Source of the DNA: Felis catus
Lineage: Eukaryota
Reading direction: 5' to 3'
Length of the DNA: 64,000 bases
Assembly (NCBI RefSeq): GCF_018350175.1
Contig: NC_058368.1
Coordinates: 92,134,001 to 92,198,000 of the forward strand
Of the stretch, positions 1 through 13,000 are shown one piece after another. The position numbers and the translations under genes are program-made. Numbering within the stretch: the stretch's first letter is position 1; the number at the start of each line of letters is the position of its first letter. The notes under the pieces were generated by a model that saw only the letters and a program-made list of their open reading frames with translations, ran no database searches and was not told where the DNA came from.

Positions 1-520
1 GGGATACAGGTGTGCTGTTTCGAAGGGACACATGCACCCCAATGTTTATAGCAGCACTATCAATAGCCAAAGTATGGAAAGAGCCCAAATGTCCATTGAG
101 GGATGAATGGAAAAAGATGTGGTATATATATACAATGGAGTATTACTCGGCAATCAAAAAGAATGAAATCTTGCCATTTGTGACAACATGGATAGAACTG
201 GAGGGTATTATGCTAAGTGAAATTAGTCAGTCAGAGAAAGACAAATATCATATGACTTCACTCATATGAGGACTTTTAGACACAAAACAGATGAACACAA
301 GGGAAGGGAAACAAAAATAATATAAAAACAGGGAGGGGGACAAAACAGAAGAGACTCTTAAATATGGAGAACAAACAGAGGGTTACTGGAGGGGGTGTGG
401 GATGGGGGATGGGCTAAATGTGTAAGAGGCATAAAGGAATCCACTCCTGAAATCATTGTTGCACTATATGCTAATTTGGATGTAAATTTTAAAAATAAAA
501 TTAAAATAAAAAAAGAATAA
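1..520 (+). mobile_element. LINE-1 3' end (end of ORF2, 3' UTR, A-rich tail), same felid/carnivore subfamily as the 16.9-23.6 kb copy
   Basis: Encodes ...[10 protein letters not shown]...YSAIKKNEILPF...; closely similar to 23104-23623; cut off by the window edge. Confidence 0.92.
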
Positions 521-632
521 ATACATCGTGGTGTATTCATATAATGGAATATCACAGAGACATGGAAATGAATAAATTATTGTTTTTCACAACATTGATG
601 AAGCACAGAAACGTGGTTAATGAAATCAGCCA

Positions 633-840
633 GATTTTTTTAATGTTTATTTCCTTTTTGAGAAAGAGAGAGAGTGAGCATGCACATGAGCAGGGGAGGG
701 GCAGAGAGGGAGACACAGAATCTGAAGCAGGCTCCATGCTGTCAGTGCCAAGCCAGATGTGGGGCTTGACCTTGGGAACCCTGAGATCATGACCTGAGCC
801 AAAGTTAGACGCTCAACTGACTGATCCGCCCGGGTGCTCC
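633..840 (-). mobile_element. CAN-SINE (tRNA-derived)
   Basis: Poly-T, (GA)n, and reversed head ...tcatgacctgagcc...gggtgctcc. Confidence 0.85.
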
Positions 841-1140
841 TCTTTCCTGTGTTTCTATTAGGGTGCCTGTCTTACTGATTTACAGAATTTTTTGGACATT
901 CTGGATACAGACCTTTTCTTGGTTATTTGTATTGCAAATATTTACTTCTACTCTGTGGTTTGCCTTTTTGCTCTCTTGATAGTGTTATGGGATTAACAGT
1001 TCTTAAAACAGTCTGCTATTTCAATATTTTCCTTTATGATTACACTTTCTTGTGTTCTGTTTAATAAATCATTCTTTATCCCAAAGTCATGGAGACATTT
1101 TCTTTTATCGTCTTTTAGAAGCTTTAGTGATTCGCTTCCT

Positions 1141-1592
1141 TTTTTTTTTTTTAATGTTTATTTATTTTTGAGAGAGAGAGAGAGACAGAGTGTGAGCAGG
1201 GGAGGGGCAGAGAGAGAGAGAGACAGAGTGTGAGCAGGGGAGGGGCAGAGAGAGGGAGACACAGAATCCAAAGCAGGCTCCAGGCTCTGAGCTCTCAGCA
1301 CAGAGCCCAGTGCGGGGCTGGAACTCATGAACTGTGAGATCATGACCCGAGCAGAAGTCGGATGCTTAACTGACTAAGCCACCCAGGTGCCCCTCTATTT
1401 TTTTTTTTAAGTTTATTTATTTTGAGAGAAAGAGAGAGTGTGCTGAAGGGGCAGAGAGAGAAAATCCCAAGCAGGCTTCACACTGCCAGCGCAGAGCCCA
1501 ATGTGGGGCTTGAACTCACAAACCGTGAGATCATTACCTGAGCCAAAACCAAGAGTCAGATGCTTAACCAACTGAGCCACCCAGGCACCCCC
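1141..1592 (-). mobile_element. Two tandem CAN-SINEs; the first carries a ~40-bp internal tandem duplication
   Basis: agacagagtgtgagcaggggaggggcagagagag occurs twice within 1180-1260. Confidence 0.85.
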
Positions 1593-2246
1593 TGCTGAGG
1601 GGCCATGTAAGGCGCCTCTTACATGCAGATCTATAATCCATCTGGAATTGATATTTGTGTGTAGGTGACATATGGGTTGTTTTTATTTTTTCCATATAGA
1701 TACCCAATCATCTGCGCAAGATTTATTGAAAGTGAAATAACTGTTCTACACCATTCTGATTTACTACCTTTGTTGTAAACCAAATATCCATGTACACCTG
1801 AGCCTGTTTCTAGGCTATCCTCTTGGTCTGCTAGCCGTGTGCCAGCACCACAGTGTTTTTTGGTGTGGATAGTGTCTCTCTGTCCTGTAGGGAAAGTCCT
1901 TCTACTTCATTATTTTTCTTGGAGTCCTGGGTAGTCTTGGCCCTCTGCATTTCCATATAAATTTTAGGAGGACCTTGACAATTTCCACACAAAAATAATC
2001 TATTAGGGATGTTGATTAGTAGTGTATTGGATCTATAGGTCAGTTTGGGGAGAAGTGCTAGGCTCTATTCTATAACATAATACTAGTTTATTCATTATTG
2101 AACTTCACAGAAATGGGATTATAGAGTATATACTGTTTGTGTCTGGCTTCTTTTGCTTAAATGTTCTTGGTCTTTGTTTTGTTTTTGTTTTTTAAGTGTT
2201 TTATTTATTTATTTTGAGAGAGAGAGAGCATGCGAGCAGAGGAGGA

Positions 2247-2283
<37 letters not shown>

Positions 2284-4438
2284 CCCAAGCAGGCTCCAGG
2301 TTGCCAGTGCAGAGCCTGACTAGGGCTCAAACTCACAAGCTGTGAGATCATGACCTGAGCCGAAATCAAGAGTCGGAGGCTTAAGTGACTGAGCCACCCA
2401 GGCGCCCCTGTTTTTGTTTTTTTAAAGTAATCTCTGTGCCCAACGTGGGACTCGACCTGATGACCTCAAGAGCAAGAGTTGCACGTTCCACTGACTGAGC
2501 CAGCCAGGTACCCTTGAATGTTTTTGAGATGCTTCCATGCTGTTGCATGTATAAGTAGGCCATTTTTATTGCTGAGTAACATTCCATTGTATGAATATAC
2601 CACAATTTGTCTATTCATTTTCCCATTGATGGGCATTTGGTTTGTTTTCAGCTTGGGGCAATTATGAGTAAATCTCTTATGAATATTCTTAAACAAGTGT
2701 ATTTTGGGGCATATTTTCATTTCTTTTGGGTAAACCTCTAGGGGTGGAATTGCTGTGTCACAGGGTCAGTGTATGTTTAATTTTACAAGAAAATGCCAAA
2801 CTGTTTTCCAAAGCAATTTCACATTCTCATCAGCAATGTATAAGAATTCTAATTGTGCCATATTCTTGACAATATTTGGGGTTGTCAGTCTTTGTAATAT
2901 GAGCCATTTTGTGGATGTGAAGGCATATTGCATTGTAGTTTTGACTTTCATTTCTCTGATGACCAGTGATATTGAGCAAGTTTTCATGTGCTTACTGGCC
3001 TCTAGATCAAGTTGGGGAGAATTAACATCCTAATAACGTATGAATTTCTAATCCATGAGCATGGTATATCTCTCCATTTATTTAGGTATTTAAATTCTCT
3101 GAAAAAATGTTTTGTAGTTTCAAGTCTTGCAAATATTTTGCAAATTTACTTCTAAGCATTTTATGTTTTTGATGCTATTATAAAATATTTTTAACTTTTT
3201 CTTTTTTTTAATGTTTCTTTATTTTTGAGAGAGAAAGAAAGAGAGTGAATAGAAAGGGGCAGAAATAGAGAGGGAGACAGAATCCCAAGCAGGCTCCACA
3301 CTGTCCCCACAGAGCCTGATGTGGGGCTTGAACCCACGAATTGTGAGATCATGACCTGAGCTGAAACCAGGTTAACTGACTGAGCCACCGAAATGCCCCA
3401 CGAACTTTTTATTTTTTACTTCTTTGTTTGTAGTATATGTGAATTGGCTTTTCACCTGTGATCTGCTAACTCAGTAATCCAAGTGAGTTTTTCTTCTTGA
3501 CATGTTTCTTAGGACTTTTTATGTATACAATCTTATTTGTGAATAAAGGCCACTTTACTTCCTCATGTTTTTTTTGTTTTGTTTTTGTTTTTGTTTTTGT
3601 TTTTGAAGTAAGCTTTAGAACCAACATGGGGCTTGAACAACATGGGGCTGAGATCAAGAGTGATATGCTCCCTTGACTGAGCCAGCCAGGTACTCCTACT
3701 TCCTTATTTTTAATCTTTATGCTTTCTGTTTATTTTTCCTGACATACTGCTCTAGTTGGCATCTCCAGAGCACTAATGAATAGTATTTGTGAGAGCAGGC
3801 ATCCTTACTTTCTTCCTGATCTTTGGGGAAAATCATTCACTATTTCACCATTAATTATTATGTTAGTTGTAAATTTTTTGTAGATGACTTTTATCAGATT
3901 CAAGAAATTCCCTTCAATTCCGAATTCACCAAGGTTTTTGTTTTTTTTTAATCATTAATGAGTTTTCAATTTTTTCAGGTATTTTTTCCACATCTAATGA
4001 ACTAATCTTTAATCTTGTGCCTTTTCTCTTTTATTCTGTTAATGTGTTGATTGCTGATATTTCTTTTTTTTTAATTTTTTAAAGATTTATTTGTTTTTCA
4101 GAGACAGAGAGACAAAGTGTGAGTGGGGGAGGGGCAGAGAGAGAGGGAGACAGAATCTGAAGCAGGCTTCAGGGTCTGAGCTGTCAGCACAGAGCCGGAT
4201 ATGGGGCTCGAACTCAGAGACCACAAGATCATGACCCGAGCTGAAGTTGGACGCTTAACCAACTGAGTCACCCAGGCACCCTGACTGGTTGATATTTCTA
4301 ATTAAAGCAAGCTTGTATTTCTGGGATAACCTGCATTAGCCAGAGATATCATCCTTTTTGTATATCGCTAGGTTTGATTTGCTAATATTTTCTCGAAAAA
4401 TGTTGCATCTATGTTCATGAAAGTTAATGGTCTGTAAT

Positions 4439-4636
4439 AATGCTGTCCAATAGAACTTTCAGTGATGATGTAATAGGTCTATATCTGTGTAGTCCAATAC
4501 GGCAGCTAATGGGCCCATGTGGCTACCGAGCACTTGAAATGTGGCTGGTGTGACTGAAGAACTGAATTTTACATTTTACTTAATTATAGTTTAATTAGCC
4601 CCATGTGGCTAGTGGCCACCATTTTGGATGGTACAG
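4439..4636 (+). mobile_element. MER3-like hAT-Charlie MITE
   Basis: tgctgtccaatagaactttc...gcacttgaaatgtggct...catgtggctagtggccaccattttgga resembles the MER3 consensus as I recall it. Confidence 0.75.
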
Positions 4637-4876
4637 GTCTGTAATTTGGTAATTTATGATCTCCTTGTCTTTTAAAATATTTGCATATTCTGTTATCTTA
4701 TTTGTTATCTTATTCCTTGAACAGGAAAATCATACATCTTTCTGTCTATTCCCTATAGCTACAATTTTCTCTCTAGTCCTTTTAATACCTTTAGTTCAGC
4801 TTCATCCTGATTGCTTTCTTCATGTGTTTCCTCTGTTAGGGTACTTTACTGTCTTTATCCACTTCTGAGGCCTTTG

Positions 4877-5112
4877 GTTGGTTTGTTTGTTTGTTTTTTT
4901 AATTTTTTTTTAACGTTTATTTTTGAGACAGAGAGAGACAGAGCATGAACGGGGGAGGGGCAGAGAGAGAGGGAGACACAGAATCGGAAACAGGCTCCAG
5001 GCTCTGAGCCATCAGCCCAGAGCCCGACGTGGGGCTCGAACTCATGGACCGCGAGATCGTGACCTGAGCTGAAGTCGGACGCTTAACCGACTGAGCCACC
5101 CAGGCGCCCCAA
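4877..5112 (-). mobile_element. Young felid CAN-SINE with TSD
   Basis: TSD tgaggcctttg at 4866-4876 and 5113-5123; CpGs intact. Confidence 0.9.
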
Positions 5113-6572
5113 TGAGGCCTTTGAATTTCAGTATTATTGCAGCAATGAATTTATCTTGTTTTTCTTCTGCCTCTTTCCTGAGCTCTGACAGATTATGTTT
5201 TATCTCATCCTGTTTGCTCACAATTTCTTCCCCAACTGCTGTTATTTCTTTCTTGTTCTTATGCTTCATAGAGGCAATGCTTTATTTTTAATTTTACAGT
5301 AAGATGTTTTTCATAAAGTTTTATCTATTCTGTTACAACTTTTTTTTAATGTTTATTTTTTAGAGAGAAAGACAGAATGTGAGCAGGGAAAGGGAAGAGA
5401 GAGAGGGAGACACAGAAACTGAAGCAGGCTCCAGGCTCTGAGCTGTCAGCACAGAGCCCGAGGCGGGGCTTAAACTCATAAATCACGAGATCATGACCTG
5501 AGCCCAAGTCAACACTTAACCGACTGAGCCACCCAGGAGCCCCTTGTTACAACTTTTTCTAAACATATGCAACTAGCAAAAGAGCCCCCCAAATATGCAT
5601 AGAACAGCAGAACAAGGAGAAATGGACAATTAAAGAATGATAGTTAGACATTTCAAGTCTCAACTTTCAAGAATCAATACAGCAATCAGGCAAAACAGCA
5701 ACAAAGATATAGAGGACTCAAACAACACTATAATCCAACAGACCTAACAGACATTTATAGAATACTCCAACCAACAATAGTAGAATACACATTCTTTTCA
5801 AGCACACAGAGCACATTCTCCAGGACAGACCATATGCCAGGCCATAAATCAAGCCTTCAATAAGCCTAAAAAGATTGAAATCATGCAAAACCTGCTCTAT
5901 GACCACAATGGAAGTTAGATTTCAATAATAGAAAAACATTTGGGAAATTCACAAATACATGGAAATTAAATGTCACACTCCTAAAGAGTCAGTGGGTCAA
6001 GGGAGAAATCACAAAAGCAACTAGAAGATACCTTGAGGTGAATAAAATAGAAAATACAACATACCAGGGGTGACTGGGTGACTCAGTCTTAAGGTTAAGC
6101 ATCTGACTTCAGCTCAGGTCATGATCATGTGGTTCGTGGGTTCGAGCCCCATATCAGGCTCTGTGCTGACACCTTGGAGCCTGCCTGCTTTGGATTCTCT
6201 GTCTCCCTCTTTATCTCTGCCCCTCTCCCACTCACTCATACTCTGTTTTTCTCTCTCAAAAACAAGCACATACTAAAAAACATTTTTAAAAAATAAAGAA
6301 AATACAACATACCAAAGTTTTGGAATATAGCAAAAAAAGCACTTAAAGGAAAATTTATAGCTGTATGTTTTGTATTATTTTTTTTTAATGTTTATTTTTA
6401 AGAGAGAGAACAGCAGAGAAGGGGCAGAGAGAGGGAGAGAGAGAGAGAGAGGATCCCAAGCAGGCTCGGTGCTGTCACTATAGAGCCTGATCTCATTAAC
6501 CATGAGATCATGACCTGAACTGACATCTAGAGTCTGATGCTTGACTGACTGAGCCACCCAGGCACCCCTTTA

Positions 6573-7090
6573 TGTTGTGTATTCTTTTATGAGGTGGTCA
6601 GTCAGGTATGACCACCAGAGGAGACATAGGGGAGGCTCCAGAAAAAAACAGTGTATTATAGTCACAGGTCCTAGAGATGGGAGGCCGCGCATGACATGTA
6701 GGGCCACATGGGAAAGACACCAGTGTGGTCAGGAGACAGAAGACAGGAGTGAGGGGAAAGCATTAGGCCAGAGCCTCTATCGGGATTTCCATTGGAAAGT
6801 CAAGGCAGGACTGGGTGAACAGTTGAAGAATAATTTCAGTGGGTTTTGGGCTTTGGAATGGTCTCTAGTTGTCTGATACCTGGCCCTGGGGTGATTAAGT
6901 CAGAGGAATATTGCCTCCTGAGTATACAGGCCATATAGAAGAGGTATGGCTCTGGATTAGTTAGTTTGCTTATCAAAGTTATGCCCAAGAATTGGCTAGC
7001 CCAGAAAGGGGCAATCTCTCCTAACCAGAAAGGTTTGTTAAGGTATCAAAACATCATAAGATACAGAAAATGTAAAATATTTACAATACA
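6573..7090 (-). mobile_element. Probable solo LTR (ERVL-like)
   Basis: About 518 bp bounded by TG...CA, with near-matching 5-bp flanks (cttta / ctttg); family not determined. Confidence 0.5.
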
Positions 7091-8937
7091 CTTTGAATGC
7101 CTATATGAAAAGCAATCTCTATTTGTAGAAGGCATGATCTTATATATAAAAAATCCTATGAAATCCACTGAAATACCATTTCAGTGGAACTAATAAACAC
7201 GTACATCAAGGTTAGAGGATACAATACCAAAACAGAAAAATCAGTTGTATTTCTACACACTAGCAGTGAACAGTCCACCAAAGAAATTAAGAGAATAATT
7301 CCGTTTACAATAGCACAAAAATAATAATGTCTTAGGAAAAACCTTGTGCAAGACTTGGAACACTGAAAACTATAAAACATTACTGAAATAAATTGAAGAA
7401 GCTCTAAACAAATGAAAAGACATTCTATGAGCATGGATTCTTAATATTGTTATGATGGCAATACTTCTCACATTGACTTACAGATTCAATGCAATCCCTA
7501 TCAGAATCCCATCTAGCTTGTTTGTAGAAATTAACAAGCTGATTCTGGTGTTTATTTGGAAATCCAAGGAACCCAGAATAGCCAAAACATCTTGAAAAAG
7601 AACAAAGCTGGGAGGGCCCACACTTGCTGATTTCAAAGGTTATTACAAAACTTCTAACAAAAGTTATTACAAAATAAGACAACCTGGGGGGCACCTGGCT
7701 GACTCAGTCAGTAGATCATGTGACTCTTGATCTCGGGGTTGTAAGTTTGAGCCCCATGTTGGGTGTAAACATTACTTAAATTTTTTTTTAATCTGAAAAA
7801 AAAAAGACAACATGGGACTGGCATAAGGATAGACATATATATCCATGAAATAAATGATAGAGTCCATATATAAACTCATACACTTGTGGTCAATTGACTT
7901 TTTGACAAAAATTCTAAGACAAAGGTGCTAAGGATATGAAACAATTGTTGTAACAAATGTGGAAAGAATAGTCTCTTTAGCAAATTGTGCTAGGACAACT
8001 GTATATCCACATGCAAAAGAATGAAGTGAGACCCCAACCTCACTCCATGCACAAAAATCAAGAGCTAAAACTATAAAAGACCTAGATGAAAACAAAGGAC
8101 AACTTCTTTTGTGGCAGAGGTTTTTGTGATATGACACTAAAAGCACACAACAAAATACAAGATAGAGAAACTGGACTTCAGCAAAATTTAACAACTTTGT
8201 GCACCGAAGGACAACAATGAAATATAAGCACTCTTAGAAACATCTTTTACACATGTACATATATTTAAGACAGTGTGATTAAAAAAAGAAAGTGAAAAGA
8301 CAACCTAGAGAATGAAAGAAAATATTTACAAATCTTGTATCTGATAAGAGACTAGTATGCAGAATACACAAAGAACTCTTACAATTCAACAATAAAAAGG
8401 TAAACAACTTTATTTACTTATGTATTTTTTAAGTAAGTTTTGTGCACAATGTGGGGCTTGATCTCACCACCTTGAGATCAAGAGTTGCATGTTCTACTGA
8501 CTGAGCCAGCCAGATGCTCTGGTAAATAACCTAATTTAAAAGCAGGCAGGGTGCCTGGGTGGTTCCGTCAGTTGAGCACTGGACTCTTGATTTTGACTCA
8601 GGTCATGATTCCAGGGTCATGGGATCGAAGCCCCAGTTGGGCTTCAAGCTCAGCTTAAGATTCTCTCCCTCGCCCTCTGCTCCTTCTCCCCACCACTTAA
8701 AAAAAAAAAAAAGTGTACAAAGACTCTGGAGAACAGTATGGAGGTTCCCCAAGAAGTTAAAAATAGAACTACCCTACAGTCCACCAATTGCACTACTAGG
8801 TATTCACCCAAAGGACACAAAAATACAGATTCAAAGAGGTACATGCACCCCAATGTTTACAGCAGCATTATCAACAATAGCCAAACTATGGAGAGAGTCC
8901 ACACATCTATCAGCCGACGAATGGATAAAGAAGATGC

Positions 8938-8940
<3 letters not shown>

Positions 8941-8978
<38 letters not shown>

Positions 8979-9118
8979 GAACCTATATATATATATATGT
9001 GTGTGTGTATATATATATATATATCCTTTCCTTATCACACTTGTTCTTATCTGCCTTTTTTAAAGTTTTATTTTATTTTATTTTATTTATTTTTACACAC
9101 ACACACACACACACACAC
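8941..9118 (+). repeat. Compound (TA)n/(TG)n/(CA)n microsatellite inside an L1 3' fragment, containing an inserted segment
   Basis: Directly visible. Confidence 0.9.
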
Positions 9119-9982
9119 AATGGAATATCACTTAGCCATCAAAAATGAAATCTTGGGGCACCTGGGTGGCTCAGTTGGTTGGGCATCCGACTCTTAATTT
9201 CGGCTCAGGTTCCAACGCTGCATCGGGCTCTGTGCTGATGGTGTGGAGCCTGCTTGGGATTCTGTCTCTCCCTCTGCTTCTCCCCTTCTCGCTTTCTCTG
9301 TCTCTTTCAAAATAAATAAATAAGCTAAAAAAAAAAAAGAAATCTTGCATTTGCAACAATGTGGATGGAGCTAGAGTGTATTATGCTAAGTGAAATAAGT
9401 CAGAGAAAGACAAATACTATATGATCCCACTCCTATGTGGAATTAAAGGGAAAAAAACCAGATGAACATATGGGAAGGGGGAAAAAAAGGAGAGAGGGAA
9501 ACAAGCGACAAGAGACTCTTAAAGACAGAACAAACTGAGGGTTGATGGGGGGATGGGCTAGATGGGTGATGAGTACTAAGGAGGGCACTTGTTGTGATGA
9601 GCACTGGGAGTCATATGGAAGTGATGAATCACTGAATTCTACTGAAATCAATATTTCACGGTATGTTAACTAAAGTTTAAGTAACAGAATAAATAAAAGT
9701 GAACAAAGGATCTGGGTAGATATTTCTCCAAAGAAGCTACACATACTGCCAGTAAGCTCATGAAAAGATACTCAACATCATTAGTCATTACGGAACAACA
9801 AATGAAGCCCATGATGAGATACCACTTTATGCCTATTGAGATGTGGCTATAATAAAAAAAGGCATGGGTTGCCTGGCTGGCTTAATCAGTTAAGCATCTG
9901 ACTCTTGAATGTGGCTCAGGTCATGATTGTGGAATCGAGTCCAGTGTCAGGTTCCATGCTGAGCATGGAGCCTGCTTGGGAT

Positions 9983-10014
<32 letters not shown>

Positions 10015-13000
10015 AGAAATAAATAAATTAAACTAAAAAAAAAAAACTAAAAAAAAAAGGCAGATAAGAACAAGTGTGATAAGTAAAGGATGTGGAGAAA
10101 TTAGAACCCTTGGACATTGATGATGAAAATCTAAAATGGTGCAGGTGCTTTGGCAAACAGTTTGGCAGTTCCTCCGAAAGTTAAACACAGGGTTGCCATT
10201 TGATCCAGCAGTTCCGCTCCCAGGAAATTGAAGACAAGTGTCAAATAGACATGTACACACATGGTCACAGCAGCACTATTTATGTTATGTCTGTGAACCC
10301 ATATGTCCGTCAGTGGATGAATGGATAAACAAAATGTGGTACGTCCATACAACAGAATAGTATTTGCTTGTAAAGAGGAACAAAGTACTGATACATGTTA
10401 CCACATGGATGAAACTTAAAAACATTACGCTAAGTGGAAGATGCCAGTCCCCCCAAACTACATATTTTGTGACCTAGTGATTATGTGAACTATTCAGAAT
10501 AGATAAGTCTAGAGAGACAAAATATATATTATTTGTTGCCAAGGACTGGGGAGGACAGTGGTGGGAAAGTGAAGGAGTGACTGTTAATAGATAAGGGGTT
10601 TCTCTTGGGAGGCATGAGAATTCTAATTCTAGAATTAGATTGTGTAATAGCTGCACAACCTTGTAAATATCGTGAAAACCACTGAATTGTATACCTTAAG
10701 TGGGTGAATTGTATGGCTGTTTAAATGAATTATATCCCAGTAAAGCAGTTAAAAATTGCACAAATCGGGGTACATGGGTGGTTCAGTTGGTTAAGCATCT
10801 GACTTTTGATTTTGGCTTAGGTCATGATCTCATGATCTCGTGGTTCATGGGATCAATCCCTGGTATCGGCTCTGCTCTACTATTGAGAAGCCTGCTTGGG
10901 GTTCTCTCTCCGTCTCTTCCCGCCCCTCCCCAACTTGTGCATCCTCTGTCTCTATTTCTCTCTCTCTTTCTCAAAAATAAATAAACTTTTAAAAATTGCA
11001 CAAATCATCTAGAGAGGTTAAAATACAAGTGTGATTTACTAAGGCTGTGGTAAGGAGACAGTTTGAGTAGTAGGGGGATTACATACAGTTCTTTCCTCCA
11101 GAAACTTACATGTCCAGGAGGCATATGAAACAAACACAATATGGTCAGTAAAAAGGAGGTGAAGTAAGTTACCCTCCAAACTTGAGGCAAGACCCCAAGA
11201 GTAGAGACTGATTCTTGGAAGAACACATGAGGATAGGTTAGTTACTACAGACATTTAGGAGGCATCTGCCTGAGGAAATCTGCAAACATCCAACCCAACA
11301 GGTCAGGTGTGTCCTTAGAAACTCTGCATTTAGCCAAAATTGAAATCCAATCAATTCTGAGACTTACTTAAAGCATAGCTGTGTTTAAAGATGGGGTCTT
11401 AGGGGCACCTGGGTGGCTCAGTTGGTTGAGCGTCTGAGTCTTGATTTCGGCTCAGGTCATGATCTCACGGCTCGAGGGATCAAGCTCTGAGTTGGACTCT
11501 GCACTGGATGTGGAGCCTGCTTAAGGTTCTGTTTCTCTCTCCCTTACCTCCTCTCCTTAGCTCTCTCTCTCTCTCTCTCTCAAAATAAATTTTATAAAAA
11601 ATGTTTAAAGAAGGGGTCTTATTTATACTCAGCAAAGCAGAGTCAGATAATCAGATCATGTTAGTGTCCCTGGCAGGTCTGTCCCTGCAGTAAGATGGTG
11701 GTGGCACCCTGTCTGGGCCTGATGACCTTTGTCACTGAGGGTCGATCTGGCTCAAGCAGCCTTCCAGGAATCGTTACACTCTCCCTGGGGACTCTCCTTT
11801 AAGGAATTTGTTAACTGTTCACTATAAACTACTGTTTTGGTGTCTCGTTTACCCGTTTGAAGCCATTCCTGAGTTCTGGACTCAAAGTTGAGACTCCGAC
11901 CGTGGATCACAGGAAACACAGCAAGCGGTGTCCTCTGAGAACCCGGCACCTCTACACAAATGGTAGCTGTAGTTCATTCTCTCTTTCTTTTTTTTAAAGG
12001 TTTATTTTTGGGGCAGAGAGTGCGAATGGAAGAGGGGCAGAGAGAGAGGGGGACAGAGAATCCAAAGCAGGCTCCGCGCTGACAGCAGCCAGCCCTATGT
12101 GGGACTTGAACCCATGAACCCCCAGATCATGATATGAGCTGAAGTCGGATGCTCAACCAACTGAGCCACCCACGCGCCCCTGTACTTCGTTTTCTTTATT
12201 AGAGCTCAAATGAAGACTCTAGGCTAAATGCCAAAAGAGAGACAAAGTGTACCATGAGTTCAGATGTCTGTGTTCATACTGTACTAGGAGTGATCATCAA
12301 AAGCTGGGCTAAGGAGTTTGAAATTGATCTTATAGATGACCAGGAGCAATTGATGTTCATTTTATAAAGGGGAATCGTATTTTTTTTGTTTTGTTTATTT
12401 ATTTTGAGAGAGAGAGAAAGCACAAGCAGGGGATGGGCAGAGTAAGTGAGAGAGAGAGAGAGAGAGAATCTTAAGCAGGCTTCACAGAGCCAGACACAGG
12501 GCTTGAACCCATGACTGTGAGATCACGACCTGAGCCGAAATCAAGAGCCAGATGCTTAAAGGGTAACCATATTTTATTTTTATTTTTTATTTTTTAAAGA
12601 AAATTTTAAGTTTATTTATTTAGAGAGAGGGAGTGGGGAAGGGGCAGAGAGAGAAAAGGAGAGAGAGAATCCCTAGCAGGCTCTGCACTGTCAGCATGGA
12701 GCCCAACTCAGGGCTTAATGCCACAAACCGTGAGATCATGACCTGAGCTGGAATCAAGAGCTGGATGCTTAACCGACTGAGCCATCCAGGTGCCCCTAAG
12801 TCACTGAATCTTAAAGGTCCATTCTCTTTTCCAAAATGATATCTAACCAAAAAGAGGCTGAGACCAACAGAGGAAAAGAGTAGAATTTAAATGCAAACTT
12901 CTAGAAAAACAGTCACAAGGGAGTCATTGGTTTGAGTGTAATAAGCTTATTACCTTGCAAACTTTTGGTTGCATCATCTTTTAAGACATCGGAGGAATCA

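Larger units (their letters stand above)
5570..10760 (+). mobile_element. Cluster of old L1 (L1M-type and carnivore) fragments interrupted by SINEs and an LTR
   Basis: Degenerate ORF2 and 3' UTR-like sequence at 5720-6060, 7120-8400, 8715-9680 and 10090-10760. Confidence 0.7.

Noticed and set aside
8559..9197. 212-aa ORF
   Set aside because: Chimera of a SINE, an L1 3' fragment and a microsatellite translation.
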